Notes under the pieces: model-generated
What the model saw: the letters and a program-made list of their open reading frames with translations, nothing else
The model's database searches: none
What the model was told of the DNA's origin: nothing
Program-made: the position numbers and the translations under genes
DNA from: a virus
Reading direction: 5' to 3' (one strand)
Length of the DNA: 64,000 bases
Virus record (IMG/VR): IMGVR_UViG_3300043446_003177
Coordinates: 108,233-172,232 of that record
In this document: positions 10,379 to 20,292 of the stretch, piece by piece
How the letters are laid out: every line of letters begins with the position of its first letter
How positions within the stretch are numbered: the first letter of the stretch is position 1

Positions 10379-11386
10379 ATGTTTGAGTATTTTTATCACG
10401 AAATTTTTAGGCGAACCATTATAGGGTTTGGAACTTTATTTAATAATATAACAATTAAAAAAACTGATGATAATGGAAATGTGGTTTCTGAAACTAAAGT
10501 TCCTTTAGCTTATGGTCCCACCCAAAAGTTTCTGGCTAGATTAGAACAATCTCCCAATCTAAACAAACCAGTTCAAATAACACTCCCAAGAATGTCTTTT
10601 GAATTTGTTGGGTTGAATTATGATACTACTAGAAAATTAACTCAAACACAAACTTTTTTAACTTCTTTAGCTTCAGATAATACTCAACCAAGAAAAGCAT
10701 ATCTACCAGTTCCATATAACATGGACTTTGAGTTGAGTATAATGACTACATTGAATGATGATATGCTCCAAATTGTAGAGCAAATTTTACCATACTTTCA
10801 ACCATCATACAATTTAACAATTACTCTAGCTGGAGACATTGGAGAAAAAAGAGATATTCCGATTGTATTCAATAATATAACGATGCAAGATGATTATGAA
10901 GGAAATTTTGATACTAGAAGGGCATTAATTTATACGCTAAGATTTACGGCAAAAACATATCTATTTGGCCCTATCGCATCTGCAGGAATTTCAAACGAAA
11001 TTATCAAAAAAGTTTCTGTTGGATTTGTCGAGGGTGGAAAAACAACTTCACCAAGAAGAGACCTTACATATACAGTTGAACCTCAAGCTACAAAAAATTA
11101 TACTGGAAATGCAATTACCTTATTAACAGATAATGTTGAGCTAGAAACAAAGACATTCTCTGTTGCAGATGCTTCCAGTCTAATTAAAAATACGGTTATT
11201 ACAATAGATGATGAGACCATGAAGGTTTTATCAAAAACTGGAAATTCTATTACAGTAGAAAGAGGACTATATGATACCAAAATCACTGAGCATGTATCTG
11301 GAACGAATCTTTATACAATAACAGAATCTGATAATGCACTAATTGAATTTGGGGATGATTTTGGATTTAATGGATTATTCACATGA
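10379..11386 (+). CDS. gp15: Tail sheath stabilizer / tail terminator gp15 with C-terminal extension
   Basis: YFYHEIFRRTIIGFGTLFN, VPLAYGP, LPRMSFE, QIVEQILPYFQP. Confidence 0.95.
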   Translation: MFEYFYHEIFRRTIIGFGTLFNNITIKKTDDNGNVVSETKVPLAYGPTQKFLARLEQSPNLNKPVQITLPRMSFEFVGLNYDTTRKLTQTQTFLTSLASDNTQPRKAYLPVPYNMDFELSIMTTLNDDMLQIVEQILPYFQPSYNLTITLAGDIGEKRDIPIVFNNITMQDDYEGNFDTRRALIYTLRFTAKTYLFGPIASAGISNEIIKKVSVGFVEGGKTTSPRRDLTYTVEPQATKNYTGNAITLLTDNVELETKTFSVADASSLIKNTVITIDDETMKVLSKTGNSITVERGLYDTKITEHVSGTNLYTITESDNALIEFGDDFGFNGLFT

Positions 11387-11820
11387 AACTAATGAGCAAA
11401 AATTTTGATGAACTAAATGAGACGTTTAACGTCGAGAGTTCTATTGTCGAAACAGAAAAAGATGACTCCGCAATAAAACCTATTGAAGAAAATAGTAAAG
11501 TTGATGATATTCAAAAGGATTATGAATATACTAGAGGAAATTTATATTCTTTAATTGAAAAAGGACAAGAAGCTATAAATGGAATTTTAGAACTTGCTCA
11601 AGAAAGTGAAATGCCCAGAGCTTATGAAGTTGCTGGGCAATTAATAAAAAGTGTTGCTGATGCAACAGATAAATTAATGGACTTACAAAAGAAGTTAAAA
11701 GATATTGATGAAAGTAAATCCTCCAGAGGACCAACTACAGTAAATAATGCTCTTTTTGTAGGATCTACTGCGGATTTAGCAAAATTTTTAAAACAACAAT
11801 CGCAAAATGAAAACGTTTAA
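11383..11820 (+). CDS. gp16: Terminase small subunit gp16
   Basis: DYEYTRGNLY...PRAYEVAGQLIK...NNALFVGSTADL. Confidence 0.93.
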   Translation: MKLMSKNFDELNETFNVESSIVETEKDDSAIKPIEENSKVDDIQKDYEYTRGNLYSLIEKGQEAINGILELAQESEMPRAYEVAGQLIKSVADATDKLMDLQKKLKDIDESKSSRGPTTVNNALFVGSTADLAKFLKQQSQNENV

Positions 11821-11962
11821 AGAATTTCAAGAAGAGTGGAGCAATAAATATAAGAAGAGTATTAATTGCTCAAATCCTAAAGGATTTTCTCAACGCGCCC
11901 ATTGTGCCGGTAGAAAGAAAAGAGCAAAAGGTGAACAGACTAAATCAAAACCAGTTGAATAA
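11807..11962 (+). CDS. 51-aa basic peptide with capsid-targeting-like N-terminus (MKTFKEFQEEWSNKYKKSINCSNPKGFSQRAHCAGRKKRAKGEQTKSKPVE); not in ORF track
   Basis: Fills the gap between gp16 and the next gene; TAATG coupling to 11962. Confidence 0.75.
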   Translation: MKTFKEFQEEWSNKYKKSINCSNPKGFSQRAHCAGRKKRAKGEQTKSKPVE

Positions 11963-13698
11963 TGCCCAAGATAAAGTCCCATAAAACAGTTGAACAAATT
12001 GCAAAGAAGCATCGCCTTGATGTTTCTTTCATACAGAAGCAACTTGATATGGGAGAACCCATTGAACATGAGCATACAAAAGATCATGAATTAGCGATGG
12101 ATATTGCTCTTCAACATCTTGATGAAATTCCAGATTATTATACTCGATTAAAAAAAATGGAGGCATCCGCCAAAAAAGAACATAAAAAATTTAAAGATGT
12201 TACTGAAGAGGGTCTTCGTGATTGGTTTGGAAAATCAAAATCAAAAGATGGAAAAGCGGGTTGGGTAAACGTTGTAACTGGCGGAACATGCGCTAGTGAT
12301 GAACCTGGAGAAGGAGTTCCAAAATGTGTCTCTTCTTCAAAAAGAGCGAGTATGACTCCAGCAGAAAGACGTTCTGCATCAAGAAGAAAAAAAGCGGCAG
12401 ATTCTGGACAACAAGAAAAATCTGGTGCTGCAAAACCAACCTATGTTTCTACAGATTCACCTAAAAAGAAAATGAAAGAAGAAATGGAAGTACAAGAAGA
12501 AAAAGATAAACCAAGTAAAGGTAGTGGTAAAAAAGATGCTTGCTATCATAAGGTAAAGGCAAGATATGATGTTTGGCCTAGTGCATATGCATCTGGTGCA
12601 TTGGTCAAATGTCGCAAAAAAGGTGCTGCAAATTGGGGTACAAAATCCGAAGCGGTAGAAGAAGAAAGATTTTGTCCATTATGCGATAAAAGGGAAAAAA
12701 GATCAGAATGTTCTTATGGGGAAGAAGCTTGGGATAAAGTATCAATTAAAGATCATGAATATTCTATGGCTAGATCAGAAATAAAGAACATTATTGATGC
12801 TGCTAAAAGACTTGAAAAGAAAGTAGCAAAAGGTGAAGGATCTCTGGAAGCTTGGGTACAATCAAAAATTACTAAGGCTGCAGACTACATTGATACTGCT
12901 GCAGATTATGTTGCAAGTGGAGAAATGGAAGAAGCATGTTGGACTGGATATAAGCAAGTGGGGATGAAAAAGAAAGGAAAAAAAATTGTTCCTAATTGTG
13001 TTCCAGCATCCGAAGAAAAACTAGTAGATAAAATTGTAAACGAAATTATTTCTGAAAAGCAAAATTCAAGTACAATTGAAGATGCAAATGGAAACAGTTT
13101 TGTTGAAGTAGTTAACTTGATTGAACCGGAACCAATCAAAGGATTTAAATCACAAATTGAAGAGGCAACACGTTTGCAGTCACAAACTGGAAATATAGTT
13201 GCAGTAACTATATCTTGGAGAGGAAAATATTATGCAATGCGTATGTTTTTCCCTCAGGCAAAAGTTCCATCAAGAAAAGAAATTAATGATGAGATTAAAA
13301 AAGTATATCCAAATTCTATAGTTGTTGCTCACTCAGTTTCCGAGTTTACTCCAGGACAACCCTTAATCCAAACTGGAGTTCAGGGTGGAAGTTACGGAAA
13401 TCCAGGTCCAAGCAAAAATTATGTAAAAACAATGGGTGAAGACTGGCAGTCAGTCAATCGCAAAGATAAAACTGATGGTCTCAGTCAAAAAGCTGTAAAT
13501 GCTTATCGTCGTGAGAATCCAGGTTCAAAACTTCAAACTGCAGTAACAGAAAAGAACCCAACAGGTAAAAGAGCATCTCGTCGCAAATCATTCTGCTCAA
13601 GGATGAGTGGTATGAAAAAAAGATTAACTTCCGCAAAAACTGCAAACGATCCAGATTCCAGAATCAACAAAGCCCTTCGTCGTTGGAACTGCAACTAA
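11962..13698 (+). CDS. Modular basic protein, probable internal head polyprotein (DUF5661-like N-terminal, DUF5872-like and DUF6321-like modules)
   Basis: Discrete Lys/Arg/Cys-rich modules separated by EE/xE motifs; lies in late operon. Confidence 0.7.
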   Translation: MPKIKSHKTVEQIAKKHRLDVSFIQKQLDMGEPIEHEHTKDHELAMDIALQHLDEIPDYYTRLKKMEASAKKEHKKFKDVTEEGLRDWFGKSKSKDGKAGWVNVVTGGTCASDEPGEGVPKCVSSSKRASMTPAERRSASRRKKAADSGQQEKSGAAKPTYVSTDSPKKKMKEEMEVQEEKDKPSKGSGKKDACYHKVKARYDVWPSAYASGALVKCRKKGAANWGTKSEAVEEERFCPLCDKREKRSECSYGEEAWDKVSIKDHEYSMARSEIKNIIDAAKRLEKKVAKGEGSLEAWVQSKITKAADYIDTAADYVASGEMEEACWTGYKQVGMKKKGKKIVPNCVPASEEKLVDKIVNEIISEKQNSSTIEDANGNSFVEVVNLIEPEPIKGFKSQIEEATRLQSQTGNIVAVTISWRGKYYAMRMFFPQAKVPSRKEINDEIKKVYPNSIVVAHSVSEFTPGQPLIQTGVQGGSYGNPGPSKNYVKTMGEDWQSVNRKDKTDGLSQKAVNAYRRENPGSKLQTAVTEKNPTGKRASRRKSFCSRMSGMKKRLTSAKTANDPDSRINKALRRWNCN

Positions 13699-14015
13699 TG
13701 AAATCATTCAATCAATTTCTATCAGAAGCTGTAAACATTGCCGGAGATTTTAACGGCAATCTATACATTAATAGTTCTGAAATGCAATCAGAACAGGTTA
13801 AAGAATCTTTTTTTGCTGATGTTGTATGGGAAGGGAGACTTTATCGCCTTGAAGTTGAAGGTAGCATGATGAATAAAACAGAACTAGCTGAACAACTTCA
13901 AGATCAATATCCAGGGGTAATTGTTCACAATATTTACCCACAACAACCATCAAGTTCATTAAAAATTAAAAATACGCAAAGATACCAACCAGAAAGATTG
14001 ACTTGGAGTGACTAA
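13698..14015 (+). CDS. Hypothetical protein starting MKSFNQFLSEA (capsid-targeting-like); paralog of a module of the upstream protein
   Basis: ATG at 13698 overlaps upstream TAA; WEGRLY...YPG similar to WRGKYY...YPN in upstream ORF. Confidence 0.75.
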   Translation: MKSFNQFLSEAVNIAGDFNGNLYINSSEMQSEQVKESFFADVVWEGRLYRLEVEGSMMNKTELAEQLQDQYPGVIVHNIYPQQPSSSLKIKNTQRYQPERLTWSD

Positions 14016-14017
14016 TT

Positions 14018-15349
14018 ATGGCTATTTGGAATAAAAATGATCAAGATTATCTAAATCAAGAACGATCTTTATTTGAAATTTTTGGTGTTGCAACTAGAGA
14101 CGGAAAAATTGTAGATAAATTTAACAGATTTCCAGTTGATGTTCTTCCAGCAAATGCAGATGCCTTTGGAAGAACTAGGGTATCAAATCCTCTCACACTT
14201 TTTGACTCTTCGCACAGATATAGAGACAATAATCTGTGGACAAATTTGATTGTAGGCACTGGTTCTACTGTTGGATTTGTGACTACACAGGGATTAATTA
14301 ATATTGGTATTGGAACTACTGCTGGTTGTTCTGTGATTAGAGAAACTACAAAGGTGTTTTCTTATCAACCAGGAAAGTCATTATTGATAATGAACACCTT
14401 TGTTCCTGAGACACCAAAAGCAAATCTAACACAAAGAGTTGGATATTTTGGTGCAGATAATGGTATCTACTTTGAGATTGCTGGAATTGGAAGCACTTCA
14501 ATCAGTTTTGTAGAAAGAAGTTTATCTATAGGAACAGAAACAAGAGTCCCACAAACAGAATGGAATATTGATAAATTAGATGGAACTGGTGTTTCTGGAA
14601 TTACTCTAGACCCATCTAAAGCACAAATTCTGTGGACTGATATTGAATGGTTAGGACTTGGAACCGTTAGAGTTGGATTTGTGATTGATGGTATATTCAT
14701 TCACTGCCATTCTTTCCATCACGCAAATAAAATTCAGTCAACATATATGACTACTGCGTGTTTGCCTTTGAGGTATGAGATTGCAAATACTGGAATAACC
14801 ACAAGTACAAGCACACTCAAACAAGTTTGTTCTACAGTGATTTCAGAAGGTGGTTATGAACTTCGTGGATTGCAACAAGGTGTGGGAACTACTATCACAT
14901 CTCCAGTAACTCTCGCAACAGCTGGAACCTATTATCCTATTATTTCATTAAGACTAAAAACATCCCCAAATAGATTAGATGCTATTGTAATTTTGACTGC
15001 TCTTTCCATTATGGGCATTACGAATAATGTTCATTATAACTGGAGAGTGCTTGCAAGTGCAGATACTACTGGTGGTGGAACTTGGGTCAGTGCTGGGGTT
15101 GATAGTTCCGTTGAATATAAGATTGATGGTGGAAGTGTGACTGGAGGTAGAATATTAGCAGAGGGATACAGTAGTGCATCTAATCAGGCAGTAACCGCAG
15201 TTGATATTCTCAAAGAAGCATTATTCAAATTCCAGTTAGAAAGAGATGGATTAACTGGAACTCCATATGAATTAACAGTTGTTGCTTCTGCTAGTTTAGC
15301 AAATGCTAGTATTCACGCTTCAATGGATTGGGAAGAAGTTAGTAGGTAA
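14018..15349 (+). CDS. Beta-rich putative virion structural protein
   Basis: DAFGRTRVSNPLTLFD motif, Thr/Gly-rich, late operon. Confidence 0.65.
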   Translation: MAIWNKNDQDYLNQERSLFEIFGVATRDGKIVDKFNRFPVDVLPANADAFGRTRVSNPLTLFDSSHRYRDNNLWTNLIVGTGSTVGFVTTQGLINIGIGTTAGCSVIRETTKVFSYQPGKSLLIMNTFVPETPKANLTQRVGYFGADNGIYFEIAGIGSTSISFVERSLSIGTETRVPQTEWNIDKLDGTGVSGITLDPSKAQILWTDIEWLGLGTVRVGFVIDGIFIHCHSFHHANKIQSTYMTTACLPLRYEIANTGITTSTSTLKQVCSTVISEGGYELRGLQQGVGTTITSPVTLATAGTYYPIISLRLKTSPNRLDAIVILTALSIMGITNNVHYNWRVLASADTTGGGTWVSAGVDSSVEYKIDGGSVTGGRILAEGYSSASNQAVTAVDILKEALFKFQLERDGLTGTPYELTVVASASLANASIHASMDWEEVSR

Positions 15350-15355
15350 ATTATT

Positions 15356-16999
15356 ATGAGTGAAGTCTATCTTGGTAATCCAAATCTTAAAAAAGCAAAT
15401 ACCCAAATTGAATTTACAGAAGATCAAATTATTGAATTCTTAAAATGTAAAGAAGATCCGGTTTACTTTGCAAAAAATTATGTAAAGATTGTAACTCTTG
15501 ATTATGGTCTACAACCATTTAAACCATATCATTTCCAAGAGAAGTTAATTAATAATTTCCATAAGAACAGATTTAATATCTGTAAGATGCCTCGACAGAC
15601 AGGTAAATCCACTACAGTAGTGTCTTTCCTGCTCCACTATGCCGTCTTTAACGATAATGTTAACATAGGTATCCTAGCAAACAAAGCAGCGACCGCACGG
15701 GAGCTCCTGGATAGGTTACAGACTGCATATGAAAACCTACCCAAGTGGATGCAGCAAGGAATTATAGCTTGGAACAGAGGATCTCTTGAACTTGAAAATG
15801 GGTCAAAAATATTAGCGGCATCCACCTCTGCTTCCACAGTTCGTGGTATGTCTTTTAATATTATTTTCTTGGACGAATTTGCATTCGTCCCAAATCATAT
15901 TGCCGACGATTTTTTTAGTTCGGTATATCCAACAATTTCTTCAGGTAAGTCCACAAAGGTTATAATCGTTTCAACTCCAAAGGGGATGAATCATTTTTAC
16001 CGAATGTGGCATGATGCTGAAAGGGGTAAAAATGAATATGTATTTACCGACGTTCACTGGAGCGAAGTTCCAGGAAGAGATGAAAAGTGGAAAGAGCAGA
16101 CAATTGCAAACACATCAGAACAGCAATTCAAAGTTGAGTTTGAATGTGAATTTTTAGGATCAGTAGATACTCTGATTGCGCCAAGCAAAATAAGAAATTT
16201 AGTATATGATCACCCAAGAAAAAGAAACGCAGGATTGGATGTTTATATAGATCCGCAAGAAAATCACGATTATATTATTACAGTTGATGTTGCAAGAGGA
16301 GTTGGAAGTGATTACTCAGCTTTTGTAGTTGTGGATATAACACAGTTTCCACATAAGGTAGTTGCAAAATACAGGAATAATGAAATCAAACCTATGCTAT
16401 TTCCGAGTATCATTCACGAAGTAGCAAAGAGTTATAATAATGCTTATATTTTATGCGAAGTTAATGATGTTGGAGATCAAGTTGCTAGTATTATCCAATA
16501 TGATTTGGAATATAATAATTTACTCATGTGTTCTATGAGAGGAAGAGCCGGTCAAATTGTCGGACAAGGATTTTCTGGAAAGAAAACTCAACTCGGAGTT
16601 AAGATGTCCAAGACTGTTAAAAAGGTTGGATGCCTTAATTTAAAGACAATGATTGAGGAAGATAAGTTACTCTTCAACGACTATGAAATTATAAGCGAAC
16701 TAACAACATTCATTCAAAAACATAATTCCTTTGAAGCGGAAGAAGGATGTAATGATGATTTGGCGATGTGCCTGGTCATTTATGCTTGGTTAGTTGCTCA
16801 AGATTATTTTAAAGAATTAACTGATCAAGACGTTAGAAAAAGATTATACGAGGAGCAAAAAAATCAAATAGAACAAGATATGTCTCCGTTTGGATTTATT
16901 ATTGATGGTACAGAAGCCGATAGTTTTATAGATGCTGATGGAGACAGATGGTTTGCTGACGAATATGGAGATAGATCTTACATGTGGGAATATAGGTAA
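15356..16999 (+). CDS. gp17: Terminase large subunit gp17
   Basis: Walker A PRQTGKST, Walker B IIFLDEFAF, nuclease DVARG and DDLAM. Confidence 0.98.
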   Translation: MSEVYLGNPNLKKANTQIEFTEDQIIEFLKCKEDPVYFAKNYVKIVTLDYGLQPFKPYHFQEKLINNFHKNRFNICKMPRQTGKSTTVVSFLLHYAVFNDNVNIGILANKAATARELLDRLQTAYENLPKWMQQGIIAWNRGSLELENGSKILAASTSASTVRGMSFNIIFLDEFAFVPNHIADDFFSSVYPTISSGKSTKVIIVSTPKGMNHFYRMWHDAERGKNEYVFTDVHWSEVPGRDEKWKEQTIANTSEQQFKVEFECEFLGSVDTLIAPSKIRNLVYDHPRKRNAGLDVYIDPQENHDYIITVDVARGVGSDYSAFVVVDITQFPHKVVAKYRNNEIKPMLFPSIIHEVAKSYNNAYILCEVNDVGDQVASIIQYDLEYNNLLMCSMRGRAGQIVGQGFSGKKTQLGVKMSKTVKKVGCLNLKTMIEEDKLLFNDYEIISELTTFIQKHNSFEAEEGCNDDLAMCLVIYAWLVAQDYFKELTDQDVRKRLYEEQKNQIEQDMSPFGFIIDGTEADSFIDADGDRWFADEYGDRSYMWEYR

Positions 17000-17229
17000 T
17001 GGAAATTGATAAGCAATTAAAGTTAGGACATTTATTATTGGCGGATAGAACTTGCAGATGTTGTGGAGAAGTTAAGAATTTGATCGATGGATTTTATAGG
17101 ACTCGTAAAAATAGAGGACCAGTAGCATCTTCGTATTCTTACGAATGTAAAGAATGTGCAATTAAAAGAATCATAAGAAGAAAATCTTTGCCAAAAAATA
17201 CTTCTAAATGGGAATATCCTGACTGGTAG
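16999..17229 (+). CDS. Small Zn-ribbon protein
   Basis: CRCC..K...FY...ECKEC; coupled to gp17 stop. Confidence 0.7.
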   Translation: MEIDKQLKLGHLLLADRTCRCCGEVKNLIDGFYRTRKNRGPVASSYSYECKECAIKRIIRRKSLPKNTSKWEYPDW

Positions 17230-17270
17230 TCAGTTCACGTCATGTTTCCCCCATGAAAAGTAACTTTTTA

Positions 17271-17277
17271 ATAAATA
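17271..17277 (+). promoter_or_regulatory. Late promoter before gp18
   Basis: ATAAATA; GGAG Shine-Dalgarno before ATG 17312. Confidence 0.7.
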
Positions 17278-17311
17278 TTTTTTAGATAAACTGAGATTTA
17301 CGGAGAAAAAC

Positions 17312-19585
17312 ATGGCGACTCCTCAATTATCTCCCGGTGTACTTATTAGGGAAGTTGACCTAACAGTAGGAAGGGCTGATAACGTATTTGAGAATACGGG
17401 TGGTATTTGTGCTCCTTTTTCAAAAGGACCAGTTAATGAGGTAATTGATGTTACCAGTGAGCAAGAGTTATTAAATGTTTATGGAAAACCACTTTCAACA
17501 GACAGACAATATGAGTGGTGGTTAAGTGCGTCTTCTTTCTTAACCTATGGTGGAAAATTAAAAACGGTAAGAATTGACGGAGATAACTTAAAAAATGCTA
17601 TTGTAGGATCTTCATCATCAACTCCAGCAGTTAAGATTAGAAATTATGACGAATATAGCGAGAATTATTCTGAGGCAGACGCAGTAAGTTTCTTATATGC
17701 TGCGAAGAATCCAGGAACCTGGGCAAATGGACTAAAAATTTGCACAATTGATGCTTTTGCTGATCAAAGGGTTGCAATTTCAACATCAGATCCAGTTGGT
17801 TCTGGAATAACTGTAGGCACAGAAATCTTTAAAAATTTAACAGCAGTATCAATTCCAGGTACTGGATCAACTACAACTTTCACAGGAAAACTTAGAGGAA
17901 TTGTAGTTGGAATTAATTCCAGCACTACAGGAACTTCTACTGTAGACATTAAAATTTTATCTAGAGTATCAACTGCAGGAACCACTTCAGGAACAGAAAC
18001 TGCCATAGATTATGCTTCTGGAAGTTCTGTTGCAGCATTTAATCAGAATGATACTATTTCTTTCCAAAGACCTGGCGGAACAGTTTCATTAACTGGAATT
18101 GGAACTCAAGCAACAACAACTACAACATTAGGAGTAGTTCTTGACTGGTACAACGAGCAAACTTTAAATTTAACAAATAATACAATTTATTGGAAATCAC
18201 TTGCACCAAGACCAAAAACTACAAACTATTCTCTAGCAAGAGGTGGAAAAAATGATGAAATTCATTTAGTTGTTGTAGATGATACCGGAACTTTTACCGG
18301 AACAAAAGGAGCACTAGTTGAAAAGTTCGTAGGAATGTCGAAATCCTTAGATGCAATTTCTGAGGTTAATTCTCCATCCAAGAATTGGTATAAATCCTAT
18401 CTTGCTAACTTCTCATCGATACTTTACGCAGGAACTAATTTGTCCGGCGCTACTGGAGCGATAGCACCACAATTTACAACAGTAAATTCTGGAATATCAA
18501 CAACACCATCTACTCTCTCTGGAGGTGTATGGAATCAAGAAGCTCAAGGAATTTACTTCAACGTACTTGGTAACCAATCCTATACGTTGGGCGGAACAAC
18601 AGTAGAAGGAACATCCTCATATTGGGGTGGAGTTGATTATGCAGCATCCACACAACCTGGACAATTTGCCGCTTCTCTTTCCGGATTAAACTCAGGTTAT
18701 GCTCTGTTCGATAATGATGATGATAAGGTAGTTGATTTCCTCATTGGGGGTCCTGGATTACCTGATGAAACCGAATCACAAGCACACGCAATTAATCTGA
18801 TCACAATTGCAGCAAATAGAAAAGATTGCCTTGCAGTAATTTCTCCACACAGATCAAATGTTTTAGGTGCCGCTGGTCCACTTGGGTCAGCAACACAAAC
18901 TAATAATGTAAACAAATTCTTTAATGGAATTACGATTTCATCATCATATGGAGTCTTTGATAGTGGGTGGAAGTACACCTACGATAGATTTAACAATCAG
19001 TTTGTTTACATTCCATGCAATGCGGATACTGCAGGTTTGATGGTCAGAACATCACTCGACCAATATTCTTGGTATTCACCTGCTGGACAGCAAAGAGGTG
19101 TTCTAAACAATGCTATTAAACTAGCATACAACCCATCTAAAGCACAAAGAGACGCAATTTATCCAAATAGAATTAATCCTATCATTTCTTCTCCTGGAAC
19201 AGGAATTATTCTATTCGGTGATAAAACCGCCTTAACATATCAATCAGCATTTGATAGAATTAACGTTAGAAGACTTTTCATTACTCTAAAGAGAGCACTG
19301 AAGAGAGCTGCTGAGGCACAACTGTTTGAATTCAACGATTCAATCACAAGAGCAAACTTTGTAAATATCGTTGAGCCATATCTACGTGATGTTCAGGCAA
19401 AGAGAGGTGTTTATGACTTCCTTGTTGTTTGCGATGAATCAAATAACACACCAGACATTATTGATAACAATGAATTTAGAGCTGAAATTTATCTGAAGCC
19501 AGCGAAATCAATTAACTACGTTACACTCACGTTTGTTGCTACCCGCACTGGCGTTAGCTTTGACGAAGTAGTTGGAACAGTTTAA
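17312..19585 (+). CDS. gp18: Tail sheath protein gp18
   Basis: LSPGVLIREVDLT, WYSPAG, FDRINVRRLF, KPAKSINYVTLTFVATRTG. Confidence 0.98.
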   Translation: MATPQLSPGVLIREVDLTVGRADNVFENTGGICAPFSKGPVNEVIDVTSEQELLNVYGKPLSTDRQYEWWLSASSFLTYGGKLKTVRIDGDNLKNAIVGSSSSTPAVKIRNYDEYSENYSEADAVSFLYAAKNPGTWANGLKICTIDAFADQRVAISTSDPVGSGITVGTEIFKNLTAVSIPGTGSTTTFTGKLRGIVVGINSSTTGTSTVDIKILSRVSTAGTTSGTETAIDYASGSSVAAFNQNDTISFQRPGGTVSLTGIGTQATTTTTLGVVLDWYNEQTLNLTNNTIYWKSLAPRPKTTNYSLARGGKNDEIHLVVVDDTGTFTGTKGALVEKFVGMSKSLDAISEVNSPSKNWYKSYLANFSSILYAGTNLSGATGAIAPQFTTVNSGISTTPSTLSGGVWNQEAQGIYFNVLGNQSYTLGGTTVEGTSSYWGGVDYAASTQPGQFAASLSGLNSGYALFDNDDDKVVDFLIGGPGLPDETESQAHAINLITIAANRKDCLAVISPHRSNVLGAAGPLGSATQTNNVNKFFNGITISSSYGVFDSGWKYTYDRFNNQFVYIPCNADTAGLMVRTSLDQYSWYSPAGQQRGVLNNAIKLAYNPSKAQRDAIYPNRINPIISSPGTGIILFGDKTALTYQSAFDRINVRRLFITLKRALKRAAEAQLFEFNDSITRANFVNIVEPYLRDVQAKRGVYDFLVVCDESNNTPDIIDNNEFRAEIYLKPAKSINYVTLTFVATRTGVSFDEVVGTV

Positions 19586-19626
19586 GTAAATTAATTGCTT
19601 AAGATTTAACAAAGGAGGAATTTAAA

Positions 19627-20253
19627 ATGTCTACTCTCAGAACAATTACAGGATTTAAAGAAAGACTTGCTGGTGGTGGTGCTAGGCCCAATCTATTTGA
19701 AGTTTCCATTCCATCATTTCCAAGAACTTTAGGTGTTACTTGGGACAATGAGTCTGTAAGAACTTTCAATTTCTTATGCAAGGCAGCAGCACTTCCTGCT
19801 TCAAACATTGCTCCAATTGAAGTTCCTTTTAGAGGACGTATCTTAAAGGTTGCTGGCGACAGAACATTTGATACCTGGACAGTTACTGTTATTAACGATG
19901 AAGATTTCAAACTCAGAACTGCATTTGAGCAGTGGATGAATGGAATCAGCAAACTGGATAATAACACTGGTGCAACCAACCCAACTTCATACATGGTCAA
20001 TGCTGAGGTTTACCAACTAGGAAGAGGTGCTGGAGCTGGAAGATTCTCCCAAAATAATGTTCAAGCTGCAGATGGAACTTCTATTCCACCACTGAGAGCC
20101 TATAAGTTCTACGATATTTTCCCAACTAACGTATCTCAGATTGATCTTTCATATGATACTGGAGATACTATTGAAGAATATACAGTAGAATTCCAAGTTC
20201 AATACTGGACTGTAGGTGAACTTCGTGACCAAACTGGTCAAAGAATTAGCTGA
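19627..20253 (+). CDS. gp19: Tail tube protein gp19
   Basis: GGGARPNLFEV, VPFRGRILKVAGDRTFDTWTVTVIND. Confidence 0.97.
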   Translation: MSTLRTITGFKERLAGGGARPNLFEVSIPSFPRTLGVTWDNESVRTFNFLCKAAALPASNIAPIEVPFRGRILKVAGDRTFDTWTVTVINDEDFKLRTAFEQWMNGISKLDNNTGATNPTSYMVNAEVYQLGRGAGAGRFSQNNVQAADGTSIPPLRAYKFYDIFPTNVSQIDLSYDTGDTIEEYTVEFQVQYWTVGELRDQTGQRIS

Positions 20254-20292
20254 TAAATAATATCAGCAATAAAAGAAGTCTAACCTTTATTC

